The notes beneath the pieces are model-generated. The model was given only the letters and a program-made list of their open reading frames with translations. It ran no database searches and was not told the DNA's origin. A program made the position numbers and the translations under genes. Shown in pieces: positions 34,701 to 46,434 of a stretch of 64,000 nt of DNA; position 1 is the stretch's first letter; each line of letters begins with the position of its first letter. The stretch spans positions 69,626,001 through 69,690,000 of the forward strand of contig OX638150.1 of assembly GCA_951804945.1 (NCBI GenBank). Reading direction: 5' to 3'. The stretch is from Podarcis cretensis (Eukaryota).

Positions 34701-36458
34701 ACAAGCTGCCTCCACCACAGGGCACGCCATAAAGGACAGGAAGGATAGGTAGACCTGATGCGCAAGACCTTGAATCAGAGCAAAGGCAAAGAGACAGATA
34801 TAATGTGAACAGTGTGCTCTTTCCCTCCCAGATCACCTTTCTTGCTATTCTGCTAGTAGCAGCTTCTTTCCCAGGCTGGAGAAAACTGTATTGGCTGTGG
34901 AGCAAAATGCTCATGTGTTAGAGCAGAGCTAAAGGTGACCTGCGGTTCAGCTAACACACAATGTAATTTCAAAGCTAGGCCTTAGCCCTGAAATATGTGG
35001 AGAGAGGGCCCCTGGGCATGTGCAGAGTTCATCTCATCAGCATGGACTGTCCATAGCCCATCCACCCTCCATCCAGGGATAGCTGTCCTGGGAGAATCTG
35101 GAAAAAATGGATTTATTCCATGAACTCCTTAGTGCTGCTGAATCAGATGGGTTCTACACTGAGAATAAGGCAAATAGGGTTCTCTGCCCTGCCCAATAGA
35201 GGACAAAACAGAACACCAAGAGCAGAGCAAAGAAAGTGAAAAGGCAGAGGCGGATTTAGGGGAGTGTGACTGGTTTGCTTGCACTGGGCGCAGAGCCTTG
35301 GGAGCACCACAACTATGACGAAGATTGGGAGGCACGAGGCGGGATGGGTGCTGAATTTTGGCGTCACACAGGGCACTGCTAAAATTTGAGACCCCAAAGT
35401 CCACCACTGGAAAAGGGAAAGCAAGGAAAGATAAAGGAGGAGACATCCCCTGGTCTACACACTACATGGTCATGTAGCAGTAGACTGTACCACTTCGGAA
35501 TGCAAGTGGGAGAATCACACTCTGAATGCTCCTATATAACAAAACTGGGGCACGGAGATTTCCTTGCAAGTAATAAATAGCTCACTGGCAGAGCCCATGT
35601 TTTGCATGTAAAAGGTCCCAGGGTTCAGCACTTGGCATCAGGTGGTGAGGGGAAAGACTTCTTCAGCCTAAGACCCTGCCTGTCAGAGTGGAGGAGATGA
35701 TACTGGCCTAGCTGGACAGGCAGGCTGATCTGGTGGAGAGCAACCTCCTGTGTTCCCAGCCTTTCTCCTAGATGTTCAGGGGACAAAGAGCAGGGTTTGT
35801 TCTGCTTTACCTGATGGCGCTTGGAGTGGTTGGTTGGTTGGTTGGTTGGTTGGTTGACAGCATCTATGTCCCAGCTTTTACTCCAATGAGCTGAAGGCAG
35901 CATACACAGTTCTAGTTTTCTTTTAAAACCATCTAAGTTGGCAGCCATCACTGCCTCCTTGTGGGAGCGAGTTCCATAGTTTAACTAAGATCCCAATCCA
36001 TGGACTGATATGCTTAGGGCACTCAGCATGCATTACACACATCAATCTTGCAGAACTATATGATCATGAGCAGACCAGGGGTTGGAAATATATAGTCTTG
36101 AGTCTGAGATTAGGATTGCGATAGGTACCAAAAGGGCGGCACTCGCAGGATGCTGCTGGGTATTGTTCAGGGACAGGAGCTATGGTTGAAGCCATGCATT
36201 TGAGTATTTGCTTGCTAAATTTGTATCCTACCTTTCCACCCAGTGGAAGCTAGTGACCATGATGCTAGTACAATAACATATAATAAAATGCATGAAATGA
36301 CAATAATATGTGATGTACGATAACATACAAACGTAGTTAATAATGGTTTTGTAACTGATACAGTAATTGCAAGCGGGCAGTGTGCTGCAGGGATAAAAGT
36401 ATGCTGGAATGCTGAAGCTATGGCCCCAAAAGGCATGCATGTGCGCATATATATATGC

Positions 36459-36462
<4 letters not shown>

Positions 36463-36506
<44 letters not shown>
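36463..36506. repeat. (AT)n microsatellite
   Basis: Direct reading. Confidence 0.95.
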
Positions 36507-36508
<2 letters not shown>

Positions 36509-38449
36509 AGATATATATCTCCGTTCCTGCATCTGGCACTGACTGACTGTGCTCCTGCCCTTTCTGTGCTTAGCCTCAGAGTAGTTCACTGGAGGCCCAT
36601 GCAGTGTATCAAGCCCAGATGGCGCCCTGTGTGCTGTCATAATGTCTGATAATAATAACAAAGCAGGGCTGTTTACTGCAGTGCTTTTGGTGTGTCAGGC
36701 CACAGCACTTTAAAGATCACGGGGGGGGGGGGGAGGGACAACCCACCACGCACCATCTACCCAGCGGAGAGATTGCACAGATCACTCTCCTATCTAACAC
36801 CCAGAGTCTGGGACATTTCCGTAAATAGTGCTTCTATTCTGGAGAGCGCGGCAGAGCATGTGCGCACCCGATGTCTGCGTGCGAGTAAGAGTTCCTGAAT
36901 TTCAAAGTAATTATAGCACTTAGCACTGTATAAACTTTTTGTTTTGGAACATGCATTTGCTGAGAGATTGTGCCGCGCCAGTGTCAAACAGTTTATATAG
37001 CTTGAGCTTTTCCACCCGGGTTGCTTAAGCCGAGGAGTAACACTGCAAGCTGGTGTTCTCTCCACCTTTTCCACTGTCATTTGCTTCTGGATCCCATCCC
37101 CAACCTCCTGTGTCCGCTGACCCATGTGTGTCCCCTCCCTGAGCCGCAGTTTATGCTCAGCCCTTGCCCTTGCCCTTCCCCCTTTCTGTCCTTTGCTGGC
37201 GTGATCCTTGAGGTAGGGATTGTGTTTGGCTTTCTTTGTAGCATGCAGTGCCCTGCCACTTGAGTGCCAATCTCAGCGGAGGCCCCTCGGAGCTGCCATA
37301 ATGTTTGTTAATAATAATAAAGGGCCGCTTGTGTTGAATTGCTTTCTGTGTGTCAGACCCCTACTGGCAGTGCAGCACTTCCTGTGGGATCAGAGCAAAA
37401 CCAAGCATGGGCTCGGATTGCCCCAGGGCAATGTATGTGGCTTTTATGAAGAACGTGATTTGCATAACCCGTGGGGTAATTTGCATTGTAAATCCAGGTT
37501 GCTCTCAGAGCTAGTGGACAAAGCATGCGAGCAACAGGGCTACGCTGGAATGTAGAAGGCAGCCTCAGAACAAGGCCTGCAAGCTTTGCTGTCCGGACGC
37601 GATGGAAGTTCCAGCGGCAAACACAAGCCCTGGAGATGAATATGAGCACATTATACGCTTCTCTGCCTCTGTTATTTCTCTGCCTAATTACACAATCCCC
37701 TCTGCCTCCTATCCATGTCCATCAGGCAGCTGCTGCGGTTCAGGACTCGCATCAAGAAAGCTCTTAACTTCCAGAAGACCCAGAAATGTTTTGCTCTTTA
37801 AAAAACAGCAGCAGCAGCAGCAAGGGCTTAGACCTGTTAGAAGCAGTTGATGGGGGACAGCACAAGATGCCATGCAGTTTTGCCACTGACTCCATAGCCC
37901 ATGTTTAGCAGCATATTTTTACTAGCAAAAAGATTATGAGGAACAGATAACTCTCCAGACAGAGGGGTTAAAAAAAAAAGTTTTAAAGTGCTGGAGGTTG
38001 CAAGTCAATTTGGTCTCACCTGGAAGTGTTTTCCCTCTTAATCCCAGATGACTGCTCTTATTTACTCAATGGTGAAAGAAACACACTACAACATTGGGCA
38101 CTCAGAGGCATTATTACGATTTTTACGCATGTTCCAGAGTTAAGCCCTGGCCGCAGATTCCAGGGCTAAGCCCTCTGGCCCCTTCAGGGAGGCCAATATC
38201 ACACATTTAGGCTGGACGGTCTAGAAGAAGGGGGGTTATTTTCCTTCTCTCCTCTCCCCCAACAGGCTTCCTCTCAGATAAAATCACTTCATGTGTTCCA
38301 TAATTCCACCATGGAAAGCAATTCTCCTTAGAAAGGAGGTTAAAACCCACACATGGATTGCACAACATGTCAGGGCTGAACCTGCAGGGTCTTCAGTGCA
38401 TGTGACTTGATGCCATTCAGCTCTTATCTCTCATTTTCATTTGATCTGA

Positions 38450-39460
38450 GGGAGTCAGTCAAAAGCCAAATGGCTGCTTGGTAGCTAGGAAGGACTGGAT
38501 GGGACTGAGCAAGCTGAAACTTAATCCAGACAAAGCTGAAATGCTGTTGGCAGTAGAACCATCTGCCATAGGTTTGCGTTTACACTCTCGAAAGGGGTTC
38601 TGCTGCCTCTGAAAGATCAGGTTCATAGCTTGGGGGATACTCCATGGCCTGGCGCTCTTGTTAGGCATGCCAGTAGTGTTAGTAGTAAGGGGTGCCTTTT
38701 CCAAGCTTTAGCCAGTTTGCTGTGACCTTTCCTGACAATGTCAGACCTTGCTAGAGTCATTCATCCCCTAGTGACCTGCAATACACTTTCCATAGGGCTG
38801 CCCTTTGGGAACTGCAACTAGTGAAAAATGCTGCGGGTGGGATGTTGACAGGTGTTAGGCACTGAGTCTATTGTACCAGTTTTCTGTGACCTGCATTGCC
38901 TGGTGAGTTGTTTCTGCACTCATTTCAAGGTGCTGCTGTTAGTCTTCAAAGCCCTCTGTCACTTGGGACCTGTTTCACTGAATGACAGCCTTCTTCCACC
39001 TGCTCCAATCATCCCCCAGCTCAGGGTTTCCAAAACTTGGGTCTCCAGCTGTTTTTGGACTACAGCTTCCATCATCTATAGCTAGCAGGACCAGTGGTCA
39101 GGGATAATGGAAACTGTAGTCCAAAAACAGCTGGAGACCCAAGTTTGGGATACCCTGCCCCAGCTCTGCACCCCTCACAACTATGAGGCCTACTTGGCTA
39201 GGGCCTTTTCTGTCCTTTCCCCACCCTGTAGAAAGCCTTTGCCAAGTGAGCTCCACCTTTAGATGGCTGGTGAAGATGTGTTTGTTTAAAAAGGCCTTTG
39301 GTTGAATATTTCCTCCTTAGGGTACAGTATTTGGATTTTTCCGTTCAGATGGCTGTTTTGTAATTATTATTGGGTTTTGGGTTTTCTGCTCATGTTTTAT
39401 TGTGAATTGCTTTATATTTTGTGGCTGTAGTTTCTGATTGTTAGCCACCTTGAATTCCCT
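38450..39460 (+). mobile_element. Old L2-like LINE 3' fragment interrupted by a MITE
   Basis: Remnants encoding KLKLNPDK, GLP, FKVLLLVFKAL and a 3' GGGCCTTTTCTG block. Confidence 0.65.
39022..39157. mobile_element. hAT-type palindromic MITE with perfect 8-bp TSD
   Basis: TSD CCCCAGCT at 39014-39021 and 39158-39165; ~45-bp inverted arms CAGGGTTTCCAAAACTTGGGTCTCCAGCTGTTTTTGGACTACAG / CTGTAGTCCAAAAACAGCTGGAGACCCAAGTTTGGGATACCCTG. Confidence 0.88.
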
Positions 39461-42460
39461 TGGAAAAGTACGCAAGATGTCATTGTTTATGGTGATGAAG
39501 CTGTGCATGTGACAGAAAGCCACAAATGACCTCACATTCCTAGGGTGTATATAACCCTGCAGCAAAACAACAGCAATAACCTACCCATGCAGTTGAGACT
39601 CAGTATTAACGTTTCATGCTAATTCACAGACAGACACACCTAAAAATTGTAACCCATAATGTGATGGAGGCGTTTGCACTTGCCCTCTTTCATAGAATCA
39701 TGGGACTATAGAGTTGGAAGGAACCCTGAGATTCATCTAGTTCAACCACCTGAAAGCAGAAATATGCAGCTGTCCCATATGGGGATCAAACCTGCAACCT
39801 TAGTGGTTATCAGCACCACACTCTAACCAACTGAGCTATCTCTGCCTGAATACAACCCTTCCCTGATCTCAAGAGGGTGTAAAGGGGTAGAGGACATCTT
39901 CCCCATATTATACCCCAGGTAAAACTATTGCGCCAGTTGCTCTTACCCTTTAAGAAAGGAAGGAAGAAAACCCAAGGAAGGCTGTGCGGCAAGCAAGCTC
40001 ATCCACTAAGCTCAAAGGCCACAGTTACCTGGGGACTGGGGAGCCATAGCTAATCCCCCCATTCTGGGAGCCTATTGATATGGAAAGCTTTGCCTGAAAG
40101 GAGGATGCTCCACAGATGAAGATCTGCCCAGGAAGAATAGCTGGTGAGGGAGGGGGGAGTAGTTGGTTTGGAATGTGAGTTTGTTTGGATGCAACTTCAC
40201 TTTAAGGGAGAGATTTAATCAGCAGTTTCAATAGCCCCTGTTCAGCATGGAAAACTGAGTTGGGAGGCTGCCACTGCTGTTGATTAATTAGCTATCTTGT
40301 GATAGCTTTTCCATGACAAAACAGCGGAGGGGAGGGGCAGCTTGCCCCTGGCTCATTATATTAACCAGCCTTACTGTTCCCTCTGTCCCCACCAGTGCTT
40401 CCATCTGCAGTTTGCCACCAAAAGACAATGGCTAATGGGCAAAGGCAGCAGCAGAGAGCATATTGGCAAGTTGCTCCAAAGGGTGTTTCCTACAGCCAAC
40501 CTGGAAGCTTCGGAGCTGCTGTTGGATAGATTATATATATCCCAAAACTGGGTGGATCCATCCAAGTTGTGCTTGCCAAACAATGCAGTGCGAGTGTTGT
40601 AGGAAAAATGGGGGTTGGCTTTTACAGCCCAACTTCCCATCAAGGGACTCTGAGTCCCCCAAGTCCATGATTGGTCAGAGAAGAATGGATGGAGGCAGGA
40701 TCCAGTGAAAGCAAAGCAGATTTTTATTTTTCTGTTGCAATAGAGTTCCCCCCTTCCTTGCAAGGAGGCGAGAGAACAAGAACAAAGTGTGCAGGAACCT
40801 TTAAAGGCTTTAGACATTGCCCAACTCTTTTGCCAAGAACCACCCTTAAAGCATCATGCATGCATCACAGAAAGAGGCAGTCAACCACAAAAAATTGAGA
40901 GTTAGGCTTCTCTCCTGCCTGCCAAGATACCTGATAATGATTGCATTACCTGGGCAGTCTGGCTATTGTTTTGAGATGATAAATACTTTAGTTCTTGAAT
41001 CCAAGTCACAGGCCCACCCTATTCATACACAAAATATGCTTTTAAGACAGGATTTGAATGAAAGAACTATTGGGAAAGGTTGGGTGAAAGAACTATTGGG
41101 AAAGGTTTCTCCAAGGTATTTCCTTCTGCAGAAGAAATATTTAGAGTCACTAGGAGAGCCAATATGTCTTTTTTGGGGATTGTTCTGTGTGCTAAAATAA
41201 AGTGTAATTTCTCTCAGGGAGTATTCCCTAAATTTTGACGGGTGAAGGACTGGTTTTCTGTGGAGTGTGTGTCTGCTATATGTCTGCACCCTAGTTTTTT
41301 TATAACACAAGGAAGATGTGGGGTGAGAAATATGGATGGTTCATTGCTTAACTGTTTGGGAAGAGCAATGAGGCAAATTCCTTCATGTGGATAACCGTCC
41401 CCACATTGTGATAACAAGCACAGACAATGTGGCTCCTCTGGAGGCTTCCTGGTGTGATAGAGCATCAGAGAAAGCCTCTGCTGGTGTTTTTCTTTTTCTT
41501 TTGAAAAGATTGTGTGTGGTGGGGGGAGGGTGGGGTCTGATAATTCACTGTCATCCCATTGTTTCCCTTTCCAAACATGCATCTGAATCCCAGATTATTA
41601 GCACCTGGCCATAGACCCCAAGTGTAGGATGGTTCTTACAGCTCAGCATCTGAGACCATCTTTCTGGCCCACCACGGAAAGTGGTTAGTTTGGTGAGTAA
41701 CATAGAATCCCATAGTTGGAAGGGACCATAAGGATCATCTAATGCAGGTATCTCTCTGGTCCACTGCTGAAAGTGGTTAGGTTGGTGAGTCTAGAGAATC
41801 ATAGAATTGTAGAGTTGAAAGGGACCATGAGGGTCCTGAATATTTTGTCCAACTTGGGGCTTGAACCCATGCCCCGAGTCTCATGCTTTACTGACTGAGC
41901 TATTCCAGAAGTGCCAAGGACAGGGACTTCTTTCTGGTAGTAGTCTCAGTTTCTCTGCAACTCTCTTTCTAGGAAAATTCATATGCACACCTCTCCATTG
42001 TTCTTTAGGACCACACATAATGCTTTTTATATATAAAAAAATGCAGTCTACACATGGATGATTTTATGGTGGTTGTGTCTAAAGAACTATTTTCCATTGC
42101 TGCTTTAACATTGTAATCCCCCCCCCCATTATTTTGTATAACAGGAATAGTAATGTTTTTTAAACTGATTTGTTTGAATCTGCCTTGGAAGGGTATATTC
42201 TCCAAAAGGTGGGGTAGGAAACCATTAAAAAGAAGGCTTTTGGTGGCAGCTAACCATGAAGGCACTGTTCAGCCTCCACTGTCGAATGTTGTATGTTTCT
42301 GAATGCCAGGTGCTGGAAATCACAAGTGAGAAGAGGGCAGTTGTGCTCAGGGGCTGCTTTTGGGTTTCCCATAGGCATCTAGTTGGCCACTGCAAAAAGA
42401 GGATGCTAAACTGGATGGGTCATTGACCTGATCCAGTAGGCTCTTACGTTCTTTTTAAAA

Positions 42461-42802
42461 CAGGGGTCGGCAACGTGCGGCCCATGAAGAACCGTTTTAC
42501 CGGCCCACGAGCTGCCCCCAAACCGAGCCACCCGCTCGGCAAGTCCCCTGTGTGCTGTGCTAAACCAGCACGGCGCGGGGACTCGCTGAGTGGCGCCGGA
42601 AATGGCATCTGCGCATGTCCAGATGCCAAAAATCACTTCTGCGCAGGTGCGATTTCTGGCATCTGGGCATGTGCAGAAGCAATTTTTGGCGCCGCAGACA
42701 TGTGCAGACGCGATTTCCGGCATTGTGCTGCACCAGTCCAGCCCACGGACGATCTCCATGGGAGTGATCCGGCCCATTGCCGGTAAACCTTGCCAACCCC
42801 TG
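42461..42802. mobile_element. hAT-type non-autonomous DNA transposon
   Basis: TIRs CAGGGGTCGGCAA / TTGCCAACCCCTG; 8-bp flanks TTTTAAAA / TTTTAAAG; CpG-rich interior with internal inverted repeats. Confidence 0.82.
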
Positions 42803-42949
42803 TTTTAAAGCATCATGCCCATCAGAATCAAAACAAATTTTGCCCAATCCAGATTTTTGAATGAGGGGATAATGTGTGCTGCCAGAAACAAAGATATTGG
42901 TAATGCTGCTGTAAGGAAATGTGATGCACTTATCAATAGATGAATTTTA

Positions 42950-43200
42950 AATAACAATGTGATACAGCAGCAAAGAAAGCTAGTGCTATTCTAGGCTGTG
43001 TCAGCAGATGTATAGTGTCCAGATCAAGGGAAGTATTATTCAGCCGACTCCCTCGGGAGGTTCTGGACTCTCCTTCCTTGGAGGTTTTAAGCAGAGGTTG
43101 GATGGCCATCTGTCATGGATGCCTTAGCTGAGTTTCCTGCATTGCAGGGGGCTGGACTAGATGGCTCTTAAGGTCCCTTCCAACTCAATTTGTGATCCTG
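42950..43200 (+). mobile_element. CR1 LINE 3' end fragment (tails also at ~10625-10683 and ~28540-28652)
   Basis: CCTTCCTTGGAGGTTTTAAGCAGAGGTTGGATGGCCATCTG...CCTGCATTGCAGGGGGCTGGACTAGATG...GGTCCCTTCCAACTC. Confidence 0.75.
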
Positions 43201-44149
43201 TAGATCAGGGGTGGGGTGCCTGTGGCCCTCTGGTTGATGTTGGACTCCAAATTCCTTTAGCCCCAGCTAGCATGGCCAAATGGCAAGGGATGATGAGAGC
43301 CTTGGTGTAGGTTAGAGGTATATCTCACAACACCACTTTAAGAAAGAAGGCCCAAAGCTTGAAAGTAAAAACCACACTTTCTACTCCAACTAAGCTAGAC
43401 ACAGTCGCTTATATTGTAGCTGTAATAATGGGGAAGCATTCTTCACACACTCTGACACACAATGCTCTTGTGTGTGTTGAGCTCTGCACTAAAACAACTT
43501 CTATGCATCTTTTCCCCACCAGAACTTACTCTCCCAGCCCTTCCTTGCCAAAGCCTAGAATTCCTGGTTGGGTTACAGAGGGTCTTGCAGAAAGAATCAG
43601 TTAGCTGTGTCCATGTGCAGCTGTCTGCATACATATTAACCATTTGCTTCCCGGTAACTGCAGCTGCTTCCAAGTTCCCATAATGATTTTTGGCTTAACA
43701 TGCGACAAGTCATCTCTGACACATCCTCCCACTAAGCTAAGTGATGTAGTTAATTGGGTCCAAACTTTATGCAGTGTTCAGAGACATGCTGGCCTCCTGG
43801 CATCAAGCTGAGGAGCTTCTTTTCTGTGTTGCCTCTATCTCTCCATATGGGATAACACTCATGTCTCTCACAAGCAGCAGATAACAGATCCTGGTTACCA
43901 TCAGACCTAGAAACTTTATGGAGTTGGTAGGTGGAATCTGGATATTCCCAGGACCCTTAAAGAAAGACAGAAGAATCGAATTTATCTCCGTTGCTTAATA
44001 AAAATCATGCAGCCGTGAGTTCCACAGGTAGAACTCCATTCTGCCTACAAATGCAAGCTCTTGCTTTTTTGGCGGGCAGTTAAGAAACGCTTTATTGAAT
44101 GTACACCAGTGCACAATCCTTTTTTTTTTTTTTTTTTGCCTCTCCTCGC

Positions 44150-45550
44150 CCCGTCGGGTTCCATGGGGTTTTAATTATTTTCACACACATCCCCGCGCAG
44201 CGTTTCTGTCTTCCGAAAGGGCCCCCCCACGCTCTCCACGACGCGCTCCTTGTGAGCAGGAGTTTAATGAGTGGTGTCTCCAGTTACCGCTGCCAGCAGA
44301 GAGGAAGCAAAGCCCCGGCAGAGAATGAACTCCGCTTAATCCCCTTTGCCGGAGCTTTGGGGGAGAGAATTTAGCTAATGTGAGTGTGAAAAGGCCCTGG
44401 CGCGGGCGGGGGAGGGCGCAGGGGGAGGGGAGGGGACAAGGGGCGGGGCGGGGCCCCTGCGACCCTCCCCCTCGGCCCTGGCTCTTTTCGCGGCCCATTG
44501 TTGGCTCCGAGCGGGCCGGCGGCGCGCGGCGCGGGGGTGTAACCCGAGAGCTTTCGCTACAAAGTCCCCGCGCCTGTTGCTGGAGCCGACAGAAGGCGCG
44601 AGGGCTGCAGGCGGGGAGAGCCAAGCGCGGCCGGGCTGATCGCTCCCACCAAGCCGGCGAAGAACCTTTGTGGAGCCCGCCGCGCTCGGCCGTCGGATTT
44701 ATTCTTCGGCCACTTTCCGCGCGACTCGCCGGCACCGGGGAGCGAGCGAGCGAGGGAGTGGAGGAGCCTCGCTCCCTTTCCCAGCCGGCTTGCCCGGCGA
44801 GGGATGGAGCCCGGGCGAAGCGCGCCGCAGCACGGAGCCGCGGGACAGCGCTGAAGCGGCGGCGGCGGCGGCAAGAGGTGAGGTGGACTCCGTCTACGTT
44901 GTCCGCTGCGGGGCTAGGAATGGCCCCCGGGGAGAGAGATCCGGGTCTCTTGTCCGCCGCGACCCAGGAGGCTCCCCGGGGTGTGGCGGGGCGAAGGGCT
45001 GTTCTCCCCGCGCCCTGGGAGGCGGTGGACTTTGACCGGGAGGGTCTGTAAATCTGTTACCAAACTGTCCGGGCGCGCAGAGGTTCTTTTGTCGCTCGGA
45101 TTAAAGATTAAGCTGCCCCCGAGAGCCTGTCCTCGGGCGCTGCTCTCTGCACTCGCACCACGTACGCTCCTTTCCCAGGGAACAGGCACCCAGATATGCA
45201 GGTTGCACGCAAGACACGCGTCCCTAGGCGCGGCGCACTCACACCGTTCACACCGACACGCGCGCCCTGGACGCGCCTGCCCATCCGCGCCAATCCACGG
45301 CCGCAAACGCAATTGGAAATCTTGCGTTAATTGAACGGGGCTTGTGCTCCTAACCGTGCTCTCGAACCTCGTGGCTTTCGGCGGCACTTTTAAACCGGCT
45401 TCTTAACTTTGCTTTGGGCTGTGTGCAGCTGGGCAGTGGAAGTGCCTTTACGCACGCACGCTCCGGCCGTGAGTTTATTACCAATAAGCACCACGTGTTC
45501 AAACTTAAACTCGCTTTCGTCCTGCACGAGAATTCCTTTCGCTGCCCCAC
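44150..45550 (+). promoter_or_regulatory. FGFR4: FGFR4 CpG-island promoter
   Basis: Large CpG island ~1.5 kb upstream of the FGFR4 start exon; tandem GC boxes GGGGCGGGGCGGGG (~44440-44453); no TATA seen. Confidence 0.85.
44540..44877 (+). other. FGFR4: FGFR4 non-coding exon 1 (5' boundary approximate)
   Basis: Strong donor GAG|GTGAGG at 44877/44878 within the CpG island; FGFR genes typically have an untranslated first exon. TSS is inferred only. Confidence 0.65.
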
Positions 45551-46340
45551 TTTGTATTTCTTCTTCTCCTCCCCACCCCATGGTTTGTTCTGCTCCTTGG
45601 GTCATTATCAAAGTGCATGAGAAGGTTGTACCATTGAGATTTGGGGGGAAGAAAGGCATAGGAGCAGGAGTTGGCCAGCAAGGGGCTGTCTTTTCCAGGC
45701 AGGAACTATCTTAAGATAAACTGGTGGACTTTGGCCATGAAGAGCTGGCTAGGTGACACCCAGCCTCTGTAGTGCATCTCCCTGGGAGGCCACCTCATGC
45801 TCAAGATGAGGGTTGTAGAATTCTAGTGCAATGCTGTAGGCAGTGTTCTATCCAGGAAATGAATTTGTTTCACATCAGCATCTCATAGGAAGCTGCCTTT
45901 TACAAAGTCAGACCCACTGGTTCCTCTAGCTCAGTATTGTTTACACTGACTGGCAGCATCTCTTCAGGGTTTCAGACAGAAACCTCTCCTAGCCCTACTT
46001 GGTGCTGCTGGGCTTTACCACTGAGGTACAATGGCTCACTCACGAGCAGAACTGGGCATATTCTGGGATTGTTGCAAACAGATTCTTCTGTGCTGATTGG
46101 CAAATCAACTCCCTCCTTCCAAAGAAAATGTCCAGCAGCCTAGAATGGCTACAGGTACTGCTGTCTTAATAACTACCTCTTCCCCAATGTATTATTGGGA
46201 GTTCTAGATGGTTGTGGACATAGGATACACAATCGTTCTGCACTGCAATGGAAAACTCGATGGAGTGACAACCCCTTTCCCTTCTCAATCTAGGCTTGGA
46301 GGATCCAAGTGGGAGCCGCGGGACAAGAAGAGACAACAGG

Positions 46341-46434
46341 ATGACAGCCCTGCTGTGTGGCCTTCTCAGGTTCCTGGCAGTGGCAACAACATGTGCTTGG
46401 GCAGCTGCTTCTGCTGAAGGAATGATGAAACCAG
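46341..46434 (+). CDS. FGFR4: FGFR4 exon 2, coding part (signal peptide MTALLCGLLRFLAVATTCAWAAASAEGMMKP); exon starts at 46294
   Basis: Acceptor CCCTTCTCAATCTAG|46294, ATG at 46341, hydrophobic signal peptide, donor CAG|GTGAGC in phase 1 joining exon 3 in frame (G+AG=Glu). Not in the ORF track; found by reading. Confidence 0.85.

Noticed and set aside
41059-41840. Short tandem duplications (26-bp unit at ~41059-41110; ~95-bp unit at ~41663-41840)
   Set aside because: Two-copy local duplications with no spacer structure; not CRISPR-like and no sign of function.
44181-45387. Multiple 100-220 aa ORFs in the FGFR4 CpG island
   Set aside because: GC-content artifacts; the FGFR4 start is at 46341.
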